A DNA stretch of 32,000 bases from Faecalibaculum rodentium (GCF_001564455.1 NZ_CP011391.1:1860001-1892000); one strand, 5' to 3'; shown: positions 9,514-18,586, numbered from the stretch's first letter. A program made the numbers and translations. The notes: generated from the letters alone by a model not told the origin.

Positions 9514-10214
9514 ATGAGTTTCCTCTCTTTCAATATCCTGATCAAAGTCAGACGCCAACGGATCATGGTCAATATATCTGCATGACTTAGACTGGATTGG
9601 TTATTTGAATGTCGCCTATAATCAATCAGCGGTTCCTTTAAATATCTCACCTTCCCTGTCCTGCAGGCTGTCAGTCCAAGCCATTGATCATGCATCGGCA
9701 GATTTTTAGGGAACGGTAAAGCTCTATCCAACAAAGACCGTTTAAATGCCATACAGCAGCCAATGAAGGAATTGCGAAGCAGATTGTTCCAAAATCCTTT
9801 TTTTGTTCCATGCCATTGAAAATAAGACGATTCCAGTTCTGATAGATTTTCATCTATAATCCGGCAATCATGCAAAACCAGGAGAGTATCATCTTTTTTC
9901 AAAGCATCGAGTACAACCTTCAACTTTCTGCTGCACCAGATGTCATCCTGATCAGCAAGAAAAATATAATCGCCATGGGCTGCATTCAGTCCATTCTCAA
10001 CATTGCTTACAACTCCCTGACCTGGCCCTTTCAGCAGACGGATTCTTTGATCCTGAAACCCGGATATGAGAGATTCAGTCCTATCGGTGGAAGGGTCAAG
10101 GGAGATTACCAGTTCATCTCTCTCATCAAGCTGTTGAATAATGGAAGCTATTTGCGCTTCAATGAATTCTTCCCCGTTACAGGCTGCCATCACGACAGAA
10201 ACACGCCTATTCAT
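9510..10214 (-). CDS. Family 2 glycosyltransferase
   Basis: VSVVMAACNGEEFIEAQIASI, SLDPSTD and ADQDDIW motifs. 234 aa. Paralogous in its N-half to the next gene downstream. Confidence 0.8.
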   Translation of the reverse strand: MNRRVSVVMAACNGEEFIEAQIASIIQQLDERDELVISLDPSTDRTESLISGFQDQRIRLLKGPGQGVVSNVENGLNAAHGDYIFLADQDDIWCSRKLKVVLDALKKDDTLLVLHDCRIIDENLSELESSYFQWHGTKKGFWNNLLRNSFIGCCMAFKRSLLDRALPFPKNLPMHDQWLGLTACRTGKVRYLKEPLIDYRRHSNNQSSLSHADILTMIRWRLTLIRILKERKLI

Positions 10215-10968
10215 TCCAGAGTACCCCTGGATATCTCAGCTGAACAGCCAGATGTAGTTTGCGCTTGAATATCAGATATCTGGCTTTCCAACGTGCAGTT
10301 GAATAATATGTCAGCAAATCGCTTTTTTGTATTTTCAGTCGCTTTACAGCCGCTGCTAAATCCAAAATATCCGCGGAAAATGCCTGCTTCAGGTTAGTCG
10401 GAAGAATTTTAATTTTTTCCCCGGAATTTTTCATATCCTTCAAAAACTGGTGATCCACATAATCCAGGAACAGTCGCTCATCATAAGAGTAGGAATCTGC
10501 TAGCCTCTTGGGTATAGCCATACCGCTGTTGATTCCTGTAATCTCTGTAATTGATTCCGTTGACTGCACCAAATGTGGAATATCATGCTTCATTTCTGCA
10601 GGTGAAATCATCTTTCCGTTTGCCGTCATGACCACTGGAAGAAGAATGGCATCCGGTGATTCCATTCGTAGTTTTACCCAATATTCATCCGGAATTTCTG
10701 TATCATCATCCAGAAGCACAATCCAGTCTCCGGGTTTCTTGCGAAGCATATTAAATGCCGCGTTATAGGCTTTAGACAGCCCTTTGTTTCCATTCATAGA
10801 AAGAAACCAGGCGCCTGCCTGTCGGGCTTCTTCCTGGTTTTGAACTGATTCATCTGTACTGTTATCCACTACGAGAAGCTGTACATCTGACTGACTTTTC
10901 GCAGAACAAAACGAAGGACATTCTGAAAGATGTTTGTTGTACACGACCATCACAGCGTATATTTTCAT
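10207..10968 (-). CDS. Family 2 glycosyltransferase
   Basis: IYAVMVVYNK start, VVDNSTD and LLDDDTEIP (DxD) motifs. 253 aa. ATGA overlap with the upstream gene at 10965-10968. Confidence 0.75.
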   Translation of the reverse strand: MKIYAVMVVYNKHLSECPSFCSAKSQSDVQLLVVDNSTDESVQNQEEARQAGAWFLSMNGNKGLSKAYNAAFNMLRKKPGDWIVLLDDDTEIPDEYWVKLRMESPDAILLPVVMTANGKMISPAEMKHDIPHLVQSTESITEITGINSGMAIPKRLADSYSYDERLFLDYVDHQFLKDMKNSGEKIKILPTNLKQAFSADILDLAAAVKRLKIQKSDLLTYYSTARWKARYLIFKRKLHLAVQLRYPGVLWNE

Positions 10969-12074
10969 GCATCCACCTCATCCAGCGTTCTGAAAAAAGT
11001 CTCTTCCGAGAAGAATCTCTCATAGACTTCCTGCATATTGCGTCTTCTTCTCAGAGCCTGATCAGCTGGTTCATGACAGATCCTCTGCGCGAGTTCATCC
11101 AGATGATCACGGTCTACATTGAAACCCAGGTCGTACTTCTCCACAAGTTTCTCCGTGTCCCCACCTATGGAATTCAGCATTGGCAGACCACCAATCATGT
11201 AATCCAGAGATTTCATAGTCAGGCCAACCATGACATTGGGCTTGACGATATTCAGTCCGAAATGGCAATGATCAAAAATCTCCTGCTTGGCCTGCGGATC
11301 AAACAGAATACCGTGATCCACTACCTGCGCTCCTGTGCTTTGCACTTCTGAAATGAGTCGATCTTTTGTTTCCCCTTCTCCAATAATATGAAAACGTGTA
11401 GGTTTGATTTTGGTTGTTGCTTCCGTGATTTTCCGTATCAGACAGATATCAATGATATTGTTGATGGATCCCAGATAAACCAGATCCAGGGTATCGGCGT
11501 CCAGATGGGGATGCAGAGGCATTGGTTCCTGGGATCGGGCAAAGTGAAGAACGGTGTAGTCGTCATTTGCATTCAAGCCTTCCAGAAACAGTTCGCATTC
11601 CACAAAGACCTGGTCTGCATTCGGAAGGTTCTTGTCACGGAGCTTCTTCCACTCAGTAAAAACCGGCAGCCATTCAAATCTCTGAATAGGAAGAGCTTCC
11701 GGCCACAGATCATTGATATCAAAATACAGTCTGATATCCGGATGGTTCTTTTTGTAATGGCTCATGGTTTTGCACAGTGAGTTTGCAGGAACCATGGAAT
11801 GTATGATATCAGGCTGCAGCCCTTCCATGAGTTTCTCAGCCTTACTGGAAAACCGGAGATGGGAATACAGTCGTCTGAACGACAGATTCTTATAGTAAGG
11901 AGGAGTTTCAATCAACACATCCGCATCCTCCAGGGAGGAGATCCGCTGTTTTCTTCGATGAGAAAAATCGGAACTGATGACTGTCACTTCGTATCCCTTT
12001 GACGAATAGTACTTTTTCAAAAGTCTTACTCTGTCAAAGAATGTGTCATTGAAGCATACGATTGCGACCTTCAA
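10965..12074 (-). CDS. GT-B fold (GT4/GT1-like) glycosyltransferase
   Basis: 369 aa. MKVAIVCFNDTF... N-terminal Rossmann-like start and a C-terminal half with HIIGEGETKDRL and a LDYMIGGLPMLNS region, typical of GT4-type enzymes. Specificity unknown. Confidence 0.6.
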   Translation of the reverse strand: MKVAIVCFNDTFFDRVRLLKKYYSSKGYEVTVISSDFSHRRKQRISSLEDADVLIETPPYYKNLSFRRLYSHLRFSSKAEKLMEGLQPDIIHSMVPANSLCKTMSHYKKNHPDIRLYFDINDLWPEALPIQRFEWLPVFTEWKKLRDKNLPNADQVFVECELFLEGLNANDDYTVLHFARSQEPMPLHPHLDADTLDLVYLGSINNIIDICLIRKITEATTKIKPTRFHIIGEGETKDRLISEVQSTGAQVVDHGILFDPQAKQEIFDHCHFGLNIVKPNVMVGLTMKSLDYMIGGLPMLNSIGGDTEKLVEKYDLGFNVDRDHLDELAQRICHEPADQALRRRRNMQEVYERFFSEETFFRTLDEVDA

Positions 12075-12140
12075 AACTCTCCTCCTCCTTTCTTTTCACG
12101 ACATTCCAAATCAGTATATCACATTCAGATCTTTCAAAAT

Positions 12141-13868
12141 TCAGCCTTCCGGTACCTGTGACGGATCTTCCACAGACTGTCCGGGATTTTCGGGTTCTTC
12201 TACGGGAGGTTCAGTGGGCAAACCGGAGTCCTCAGGCACTTGAACATCCCATTGAGGCTCTTCATAGTACCAGGAAGGATCATAGTAGTCAGTTCCAGTC
12301 TCGTTGTTATACTCATAGCTCTCGGGAATCTGCTGATAGATGTCTTCTGTAGATTCCTTTGGCTCGGCTTCCGTGACCTCGTCTGCATCTTTTCCATCCA
12401 GAACCGCCATGATTTTGTCGTGGGCAAGCGCCACGGTATTCTGATCAAGAACAGTCACATAGGCTTCCTGACCCAGCGAAGGACAGAACAGGGTATCACC
12501 ATCGCCGGATACCTGATAGGACTCAAATTTCCAGTCCGGTATTGCCTGGATTTGATACTTGATGAAGTCTGTGATTTCGTCCTGAGAAAGCGTTGTATCA
12601 AATGCACTCTCCAGAGCCTTCAGCAAGCTGATGTAATTCACAATAATCTCCGGACTTGTTGCTTTGTTAAAAATTGCCTTCAGGACCATTTGCTGGTTTC
12701 GTACCCGCTGGTTGTCTCCATCTATATATGCATATCGCTCCCGTGCAAAGGAAAGAGCCCGTTCCCCGTCCAGATGATTCCAACCTTCGGTAACACCTTC
12801 CAGTGTGGAGTCTGCATAGAATGTCTCAACAGCCTGACCTTCCGGAACTTCAATATCAATACCGCCCAGACTGTCCACGATATTGGTCACACTGGAGAAA
12901 TTCACGCGGAATGTATAGTTGATCTCAATATCCAGAAGTTTCTCGACTGTTCTTTTTGTGGATGTGATTCCGTTGATGCCGGTATGGGTGATTTTATCCA
13001 GTTCACCTTCCGCACAGGCATAGGCATCTCCACAGTCCACAGGGATATAGGAGTCTCGGGGGATACTTGTCAGCAGAACAGTGGAAGTCATGGGATTTAC
13101 GGTCACAACCATATTAACGTCCGACCGGGACAGTTCCCCCACATCTCCATAGGTGTCATTTCCAGAAATCAGGATGTTGTAGGGTTTGGTTGTAACATCA
13201 GAAACTGCTAGAGCTTCATTGGTGGCGCTGGTCTTGAAATGAGCCTGGAATATGACTCTCGTCCTGGTTGAGAAATCTGCGTAATCCTCCAGCTCGGTGA
13301 CATTGGTCCGATATGCTTCATTGAGAATGACCGCATCCACATCCCCGTTATACAAAGCCATGGCTTCCTGCGGAACGGAATCCAGCTCGACCTGCTCAAA
13401 CTCCACAGGCATTTCTTTCTGAATCTGCTCGAGCGCCTTTTCCGTACCGCCTTTGTCAATGTTTTTCAGGATTCCGACTTTTTTACCGGAAAGGTTCTCC
13501 AGGGAATCAATATCAGACTCACTCATCACAATGACAGATATATTGTTGTCATTGGTATTTTTAATGGCGGTGATTGATGCCAAGGTCCCATTGGTCCTGA
13601 AAATGTAGTAAGCACCCAGCATGTAAGCACAGGACAATATCAAGGATATTGCCAATACTGTATTTGTGATTTTTTTAGAGTGTTTGAATTCCAGATTCAG
13701 CAAAACGAAAATCAGGCAAACCAATCCAAGAATCAACAGGAAGGGATAAAGAACAGTATCAGGCAGTACCCCCAAAGCATACATTTGATATCCGACAAAT
13801 GCCGTTGAGACAACTAACAAAATATACACAACCCATGTCCATGTTGTTCTGTTCTTGAGATATTTCAT
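12141..13868 (-). CDS. LytR-CpsA-Psr (LCP) family glycopolymer-peptidoglycan ligase, low-GC paralog
   Basis: N-terminal TM segments. LCP core ILISGNDTYG...SRSDVNMVVTVNP...LTSIPRDSY...INYTFRVNFSSVTNIVDSLGGIDIEVP...ERALSFARERYAYIDGDNQRVRNQQ. Acidic, Pro/Tyr-rich C-terminal tail. SD GAAAGG upstream of the ATG. Confidence 0.9.
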   Translation of the reverse strand: MKYLKNRTTWTWVVYILLVVSTAFVGYQMYALGVLPDTVLYPFLLILGLVCLIFVLLNLEFKHSKKITNTVLAISLILSCAYMLGAYYIFRTNGTLASITAIKNTNDNNISVIVMSESDIDSLENLSGKKVGILKNIDKGGTEKALEQIQKEMPVEFEQVELDSVPQEAMALYNGDVDAVILNEAYRTNVTELEDYADFSTRTRVIFQAHFKTSATNEALAVSDVTTKPYNILISGNDTYGDVGELSRSDVNMVVTVNPMTSTVLLTSIPRDSYIPVDCGDAYACAEGELDKITHTGINGITSTKRTVEKLLDIEINYTFRVNFSSVTNIVDSLGGIDIEVPEGQAVETFYADSTLEGVTEGWNHLDGERALSFARERYAYIDGDNQRVRNQQMVLKAIFNKATSPEIIVNYISLLKALESAFDTTLSQDEITDFIKYQIQAIPDWKFESYQVSGDGDTLFCPSLGQEAYVTVLDQNTVALAHDKIMAVLDGKDADEVTEAEPKESTEDIYQQIPESYEYNNETGTDYYDPSWYYEEPQWDVQVPEDSGLPTEPPVEEPENPGQSVEDPSQVPEG

Positions 13869-13985
13869 AATCTGCCTTTCTTACTCCCATTCACCTCTGA
13901 AGTCCCGGTTTTCCAACTTTCCGGATATCTGTATCAGTAAATACAAAACAATACTATGTCGGTCAGCACTGTCTCACTATCCGTC

Positions 13986-14014
13986 ATTCTAACATTTGTC
14001 TCATTACCTTGGAA
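13986..14014 (-). promoter_or_regulatory. Candidate sigma-A promoter for the glycan operon (TTCCAA-17-TGtTAGAAT)
   Basis: On the minus strand, an extended -10 TGTTAGAAT (13994-13986) and a weak -35 TTCCAA (14014-14009) with a 17-nt spacer, about 120 nt upstream of the LCP start. Eye-scan only. Confidence 0.3.
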
Positions 14015-14057
14015 ATGCCGCTGTGGCAGCGAACCGCTTACAGTGATCGGTCCCAGT

Positions 14058-14096
14058 ATAAAGAGAAAAGGACAGCAAGTGATGTCTCACTGTCCT
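14058..14096 (-). terminator. Rho-independent terminator after the high-GC LCP gene
   Basis: Stem AGGACAG/CTGTCCT (14069-14075 pairs with 14090-14096), 14-nt loop, followed on the minus strand by TTTTCTCTT. Starts 6 nt after the stop at 14102. Confidence 0.5.
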
Positions 14097-14101
14097 GGCT
14101 C

Positions 14102-15886
14102 TTATTCGTAGGTGTATTCGAAACTGCCGGCATCATCCTCAGGATCCGAGAAATCATTTCCCTGGGGTACAGTTCCAGCATCTTCATACAGGACATCATC
14201 CTCTGAAGTGTCATCTTCTGTCCCATACACCGGCGCATATCCCGCATCTTCCTCTGGGACATACACTTCTCCCATGCCCGCTGCACGCTCTGCCCGCTGC
14301 TGGTCCACGCTCAGGGATCCCGCTGCATCCACAGAATGCGCTTCGGCATAGCTTCTGATTGCATCGGCACTGTCTCCGTTTTCCGTCATCAGAATGAGTG
14401 TTCTGGCAGCTTCTGTCATCTCGGGACGGGGAATGGTCACCGCCACATAAGAGCCAATGGTACCGGACAGCTGTGTATCCGGCTCTCCTGCAATGGCATA
14501 GCTGATGATCTGCCAGTTGGGACGGCGCAGGAGCTCATAGCGCAGGAAGCTCTTGATCTGGTCGGCGGGCATATTCGTTTCGAAGGCCACACTCACCGCA
14601 TCCATCAGCGCGGGGTACCGGAAGAGCAGTTCGGGGCTGATGATTTTGTCGATCAGAGCCCGCATGACCTGCTGCTGGTTGCGGATCCGCTGGTTGTCTC
14701 CATCCTGGTAGGCATGCCGCTCCCTGGCAAAGGCCAGGGCCCGCTCGCCCTCGAGGTGGTTCCAGCCGGCTTTTACGCCTTCGGTGCCATTGGCATAGAA
14801 CGTATCCACTTCCAGGCCTTCGGGAATCTCCACATCAATGCCGCCCATGGCATCCACGAGATTCACCAGACTGGAGAAGTTGACCCGGACGGTATAGTTG
14901 ATTTCGATGCCTAGGTAGTCCTCAATGGTGCTTTCTGTGGTGCCCACACCATACAGACCGGTGTGCGTCAGCTTGTCATCCACCGGGGAGCAGGCTGTTT
15001 CGTCCTTCTTGCAGGACATGGTCAGGTAGGAATCCCGGGGAATGCTGGTGATCAGCACGACCTGTGTGCGGGGATCGATCGTCAGCAGCATGTTCACATC
15101 CGACCGGGAGTTTTCGTTGAGGCTTCCATAGGAGTCATTGCCGCTGATGAGGACCGTGAAGGGATCCCGGGTGATATCAGCCACGCTGTCGGGATCATTG
15201 GCGGCTGATTTTGTGCGGTCGGTGTACCAGACTGTCTGCTGCAGGACATTGGAATCGGTCTGGAACTCAAAGAATCCATCGGTTTCGTGGATGATCTGCC
15301 GGGTGTTGTCCGGAATCAGCACAGCCTGCACTTCGCCGTCATACAGTGCCTGGACGCAGGAAATCACATCAGGGTAATCCTGCACAGACACACTGGCTTT
15401 CGACTGCACTTCCTGCAGTCCTTTGGCGATTCCTTCCGGATCAGCTTCCGGCACCGTGCCCACGGTTTTGCCATTGAGGTCCGACACATTGTCAATATTG
15501 TCTTTTTTCAGGCTCACCAGGGACACGGTATTGGCAATCCTGTCGGTGAGGTTGGTCACATTGTCAAATACTTCATCCGTTTTCTTCAGATAGTCTGCCC
15601 CGACGAAAAAGCCGCAGGCAAGGGCCACAGCCACAAGCCAGCAGATCACGCGGGCGGCGGTTTTCCGGGCAAACTTGAACCAGAGAATGACGTAAATCAG
15701 CAGGGAAACAGCCAGGATCACAGCACCTGTCAGGAGTATGTGAGATGGCAGCAGATCGATCTGCACGAGGGCAAGGACAAACAGTCCCAGGCACACAAAC
15801 ATGGCCAGCACAGCCACAATACTGAGCAGCCCCGGACGCCGGCGCCGCACGGTTTTCTTTTTCTGTTTCCTTACTGGTTCAGCCAT
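14102..15886 (-). CDS. LytR-CpsA-Psr (LCP) family ligase, high-GC (backbone) paralog
   Basis: Same architecture as 12141-13868: basic N-terminus, TM segments, inserted domain, then the LCP core VLISGNDSYG...SRSDVNMLLTIDP...ITSIPRDSY...INYTVRVNFSSLVNLVDAMGGIDVEIP...ERALAFARERHAYQDGDNQRIRNQQ and an acidic Tyr-rich tail. SD AGGAGG. Confidence 0.9.
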   Translation of the reverse strand: MAEPVRKQKKKTVRRRRPGLLSIVAVLAMFVCLGLFVLALVQIDLLPSHILLTGAVILAVSLLIYVILWFKFARKTAARVICWLVAVALACGFFVGADYLKKTDEVFDNVTNLTDRIANTVSLVSLKKDNIDNVSDLNGKTVGTVPEADPEGIAKGLQEVQSKASVSVQDYPDVISCVQALYDGEVQAVLIPDNTRQIIHETDGFFEFQTDSNVLQQTVWYTDRTKSAANDPDSVADITRDPFTVLISGNDSYGSLNENSRSDVNMLLTIDPRTQVVLITSIPRDSYLTMSCKKDETACSPVDDKLTHTGLYGVGTTESTIEDYLGIEINYTVRVNFSSLVNLVDAMGGIDVEIPEGLEVDTFYANGTEGVKAGWNHLEGERALAFARERHAYQDGDNQRIRNQQQVMRALIDKIISPELLFRYPALMDAVSVAFETNMPADQIKSFLRYELLRRPNWQIISYAIAGEPDTQLSGTIGSYVAVTIPRPEMTEAARTLILMTENGDSADAIRSYAEAHSVDAAGSLSVDQQRAERAAGMGEVYVPEEDAGYAPVYGTEDDTSEDDVLYEDAGTVPQGNDFSDPEDDAGSFEYTYE

Positions 15887-15924
15887 GATTCCCCTCCTGT
15901 GTCACAGTTGTTTAAGGTCGTGAA

Positions 15925-15957
15925 CATAAAAAAACAAGGTTTTTTGTCCCTTGTTTC
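15925..15957 (-). terminator. Rho-independent terminator after the O-acylation operon
   Basis: Stem AACAAGG/CCTTGTT (15949-15955 pairs with 15933-15939), 9-nt loop, then TTTTTTAT on the minus strand. Confidence 0.55.
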
Positions 15958-15985
15958 AAGTGTAGTAAAAAGCTCGGCCGGAAAT

Positions 15986-16017
15986 CAACAAGGTATCCGC
16001 CTCTTGTTGCATTTTTT
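15986..16017 (+). terminator. Terminator-like hairpin oriented for the plus strand (no plus-strand gene to serve)
   Basis: Stem CAACAAG/CTTGTTG (15986-15992 pairs with 16003-16009), followed on the plus strand by CATTTTTTG. On the minus strand it is preceded, not followed, by the homopolymer run. Confidence 0.3.
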
Positions 16018-16026
16018 GGGTGAAAG

Positions 16027-17199
16027 TCATGAATTTTCTGTTTCATTCGCCGCCGGTTCGCCGCTTTTCGCATCCAGCACACCCTTCAGGCTGTGGTCCT
16101 GGACCCAGGAGCTGTAGTTGTAAAGAAAGAGCACATCACTGAAGACACCGGTTTCCATGAGACGGTCCAGGTTCCCGTCATAATACCTGGGGTCCACGAC
16201 TGTGATCGACCGGCACTGGGGGATCAGAAACTGCAGCATGGCATTGGCATAGGAATCCTTGAACAGAAGCAGCCGCACAGGACTGTCATTGTCCATCTCC
16301 AGGGTGAACTCCCCGGTATTCGGGCCGGTGAAAACCTGATACTTGTCCCGTCGGTCCAGCGCACTTTCATCGTACATGGTCCGGGATTTCACGCCGTCTT
16401 TTGTCATGACATACTCCGGTCCGTTTTTCGGCACCCAGATCTCGACGGTGTCCGAGAGAAACGGGTCACCGGTTTTGGCGGAGAGTGTCCCCTGGAATCC
16501 GTCGGCGGCTTTGAGAATATCGAAAGCGGCTTCGTCGGCACTCCAGCCTTTTGCGACAGCCAGGTCCGTCCAGGCATACCAGGCACCCCTGGACTTCCAG
16601 TGGTGGTCGGTGGCATAGTACAGATCTTCGTCTTTGTGACTGGCCAGTGTGTCCAGGCTGTTGATGAATCCCAGATCCTGGCTCTTGCTCTGGATATCCG
16701 CAATGGCTGCGGCTTCATCGGCGGAGGTGGCATTCATGGGCAGTCTGTCGGCATTGACCGCAATGGAGGTGGGGACGATCTGCACGTTGACCGGAATCCC
16801 GGTTTTGGCCTGAAAATCACGGATGGCCTGCAGGTTCTGGTCCGAGACTGCCGCATCATAGGCAGGTGCCTGTTGCAGAAGCATATGACTGCCTATATAG
16901 ACATCATCGATCTCGGAAACGCCTTCCAGGCGCTGAACGCAGTAGTTCAGGTGAAGAAGGGAATTCCTCAGGGGAAACTGATCGGCATACCAGTCATTGA
17001 TTTCCCGTCCGGTCTCGCCCGTCCAGAGCCCCCGGGCCTGAATGTCCGATATCTGGGCAAGGGGCCGGTTTTCTGTGTCGCTGTCGGCTTTGTCGGGCAG
17101 GACAAGGTTCAGGATCAGCGCCAGCAGGCCGCCGCCTAGGATCACCAGAAAGAGAATATTGCCAAGCCGGTCCTGTCGGCTCCATTTTTTGGTTTTCAT
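16027..17199 (-). CDS. DHHW-motif protein (AlgJ/AlgX/PatB-like extracytoplasmic O-acyltransferase partner)
   Basis: N-terminal anchor, then YYATDHHWKSRGAWYAW (DHHW motif) and LLFKDSYANAM. I moved the start to the ATG at 17199, preceded by AAAGGGGAAA. The track start at 17223 is a TTG codon. Confidence 0.8.
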   Translation of the reverse strand: MKTKKWSRQDRLGNILFLVILGGGLLALILNLVLPDKADSDTENRPLAQISDIQARGLWTGETGREINDWYADQFPLRNSLLHLNYCVQRLEGVSEIDDVYIGSHMLLQQAPAYDAAVSDQNLQAIRDFQAKTGIPVNVQIVPTSIAVNADRLPMNATSADEAAAIADIQSKSQDLGFINSLDTLASHKDEDLYYATDHHWKSRGAWYAWTDLAVAKGWSADEAAFDILKAADGFQGTLSAKTGDPFLSDTVEIWVPKNGPEYVMTKDGVKSRTMYDESALDRRDKYQVFTGPNTGEFTLEMDNDSPVRLLLFKDSYANAMLQFLIPQCRSITVVDPRYYDGNLDRLMETGVFSDVLFLYNYSSWVQDHSLKGVLDAKSGEPAANETENS

Positions 17200-17212
17200 G
17201 GATTTCCCCTTT

Positions 17213-18586
17213 CTAGAATGCAAAATACAGGAAGGTCCTGGATGTGCCGGCCACCAGGGCTGCCAGACAGGTCAGCAGGATCAGCGACCAGAAGACAGCC
17301 ATGCCCAGTACTGCCGGCATTTTCCATTTCCGGAGGATCCTGTCCTGCAGGCGCTGGAACAGCGAGCCGCTGAAGGCGAATGCCAGCAGGAAGAGAATGG
17401 CGTTGGTACGCAGCCAGAAGAGTGTCTGGTCATCTGTCAGTCCAGTGACACCAATGCCAAACATCCGGCACAGTCTCGCAAAGGCGGTCACAAGGTCCGG
17501 GGCAGCGAAGAACACCCAGCCAATGTCGGCAATGAGGAAGATCAGGATGACCCGCCCCCACCGCGGGAGTTTCTCGAGATATGGCTGGAACCAGAAGCGT
17601 TCGGCAATGATCAGCAGTCCATAATACAGTCCCCATACCACGTAGGTAAGGTTCGCTCCATGCCAGATGCCGGTAAGCAGCCAGACTATGAGCAGATTGC
17701 GGATGAGGGCTTTTGTGCCTTCACGGCTGCCGCCCAGCGGAATGTAGACATAGTCCCGGAACCAGCTGGAAAGAGCAATGTGCCATCGCCGCCAGAAATC
17801 ACGGACAGACACAGCCCGATAGGGATGGTCAAAGTTCTCCGGAATGTGAAAGCCGAACCATCGGCCCATGCCAATGGCCATATCGGAATATCCTGAGAAA
17901 TCGAAGTACAGCTGGAAGGCGTAGGCCAGGGACAGGACCCAGGCACCGGCCCAGGTGGTGTTGGCCTGCAGGGCCACAAACACTTTTCCGAGTCCATCGG
18001 CCAGAATGACTTTCTTGGCCAGTCCCCGGGTGAATTTCAGGCTTCCGGAGCCGATGTCCTGGAAGGTGACGGTCCGGGTGGACAGTTCCGGTTCCATTTC
18101 GTGGTACTGGACAATGGGGCCCTGTGCCATTTTCGGGAAAAAGGACAGGTACAGCGTCAGTTTGAGAAAGTCTGTCTGTGCCGTGCACCGTCTGGTGTAT
18201 ACATCGGCGAGATAGGACAGGGCCGTGAATGTGTAGAAGGAGATCCCCAGCGGGAAGGGCAGCCCCAGGGGCCGGAGCCCGAGCCCCGTCAGGATGGGAT
18301 CCAGATACTTGTAGAGTCCCAGGATGACCAGAAGTCCGCCGGCAGCGGTCCAGAACAGCGGTTTGCGGTTTGCATCGGACTCGTCTTCGAGGGCCCGTCC
18401 GGCAAACCAGATCCAGCAGGTCTCGATGAGAAGCAGTACCAGTCCCTGGAGCCCGGCCCAGGCATAGAAGAGCCAGGACAGTCCGACGAGAAGGATGTTG
18501 CGGCTTTTATCTGTCTTCAGCACCCGGTATCCCACAACACTCAGGGGCAGGAAGGCAGTGAGAAACAGCAGATTCGTGAAACTCAT
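17213..18586 (-). CDS. MBOAT-family membrane-bound O-acyltransferase (AlgI/DltB/PatA-like)
   Basis: 457 aa, polytopic. Conserved block RDFWRRWHIALSSWFRDYVYIPLGGSR contains the MBOAT catalytic His region. ATGA overlap with the upstream gene at 18583-18586. SD GAGGAGG. Confidence 0.9.
   Translation of the reverse strand: MSFTNLLFLTAFLPLSVVGYRVLKTDKSRNILLVGLSWLFYAWAGLQGLVLLLIETCWIWFAGRALEDESDANRKPLFWTAAGGLLVILGLYKYLDPILTGLGLRPLGLPFPLGISFYTFTALSYLADVYTRRCTAQTDFLKLTLYLSFFPKMAQGPIVQYHEMEPELSTRTVTFQDIGSGSLKFTRGLAKKVILADGLGKVFVALQANTTWAGAWVLSLAYAFQLYFDFSGYSDMAIGMGRWFGFHIPENFDHPYRAVSVRDFWRRWHIALSSWFRDYVYIPLGGSREGTKALIRNLLIVWLLTGIWHGANLTYVVWGLYYGLLIIAERFWFQPYLEKLPRWGRVILIFLIADIGWVFFAAPDLVTAFARLCRMFGIGVTGLTDDQTLFWLRTNAILFLLAFAFSGSLFQRLQDRILRKWKMPAVLGMAVFWSLILLTCLAALVAGTSRTFLYFAF

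Noticed and set aside
9514-9558. Track-predicted longer N-termini: 9558 for the GT2, 19122 for the DUF4358-like gene, 17223 for the DHHW gene, 20984 for the degenerate gene
   Set aside because: In each case a downstream ATG has a better SD, gives an ATGA stop/start overlap or removes an implausible overlap, and begins at the conserved N-terminal motif. The 17223 start is a TTG codon.
12240-17896. Long plus-strand ORFs 12240..13211, 14336..14914, 15287..16117, 16093..17139 and 17042..17896
   Set aside because: All are antisense to well-supported LCP, DHHW and MBOAT genes. They lack SD sequences and motifs, and have skewed composition (R, G, H, P, C rich).
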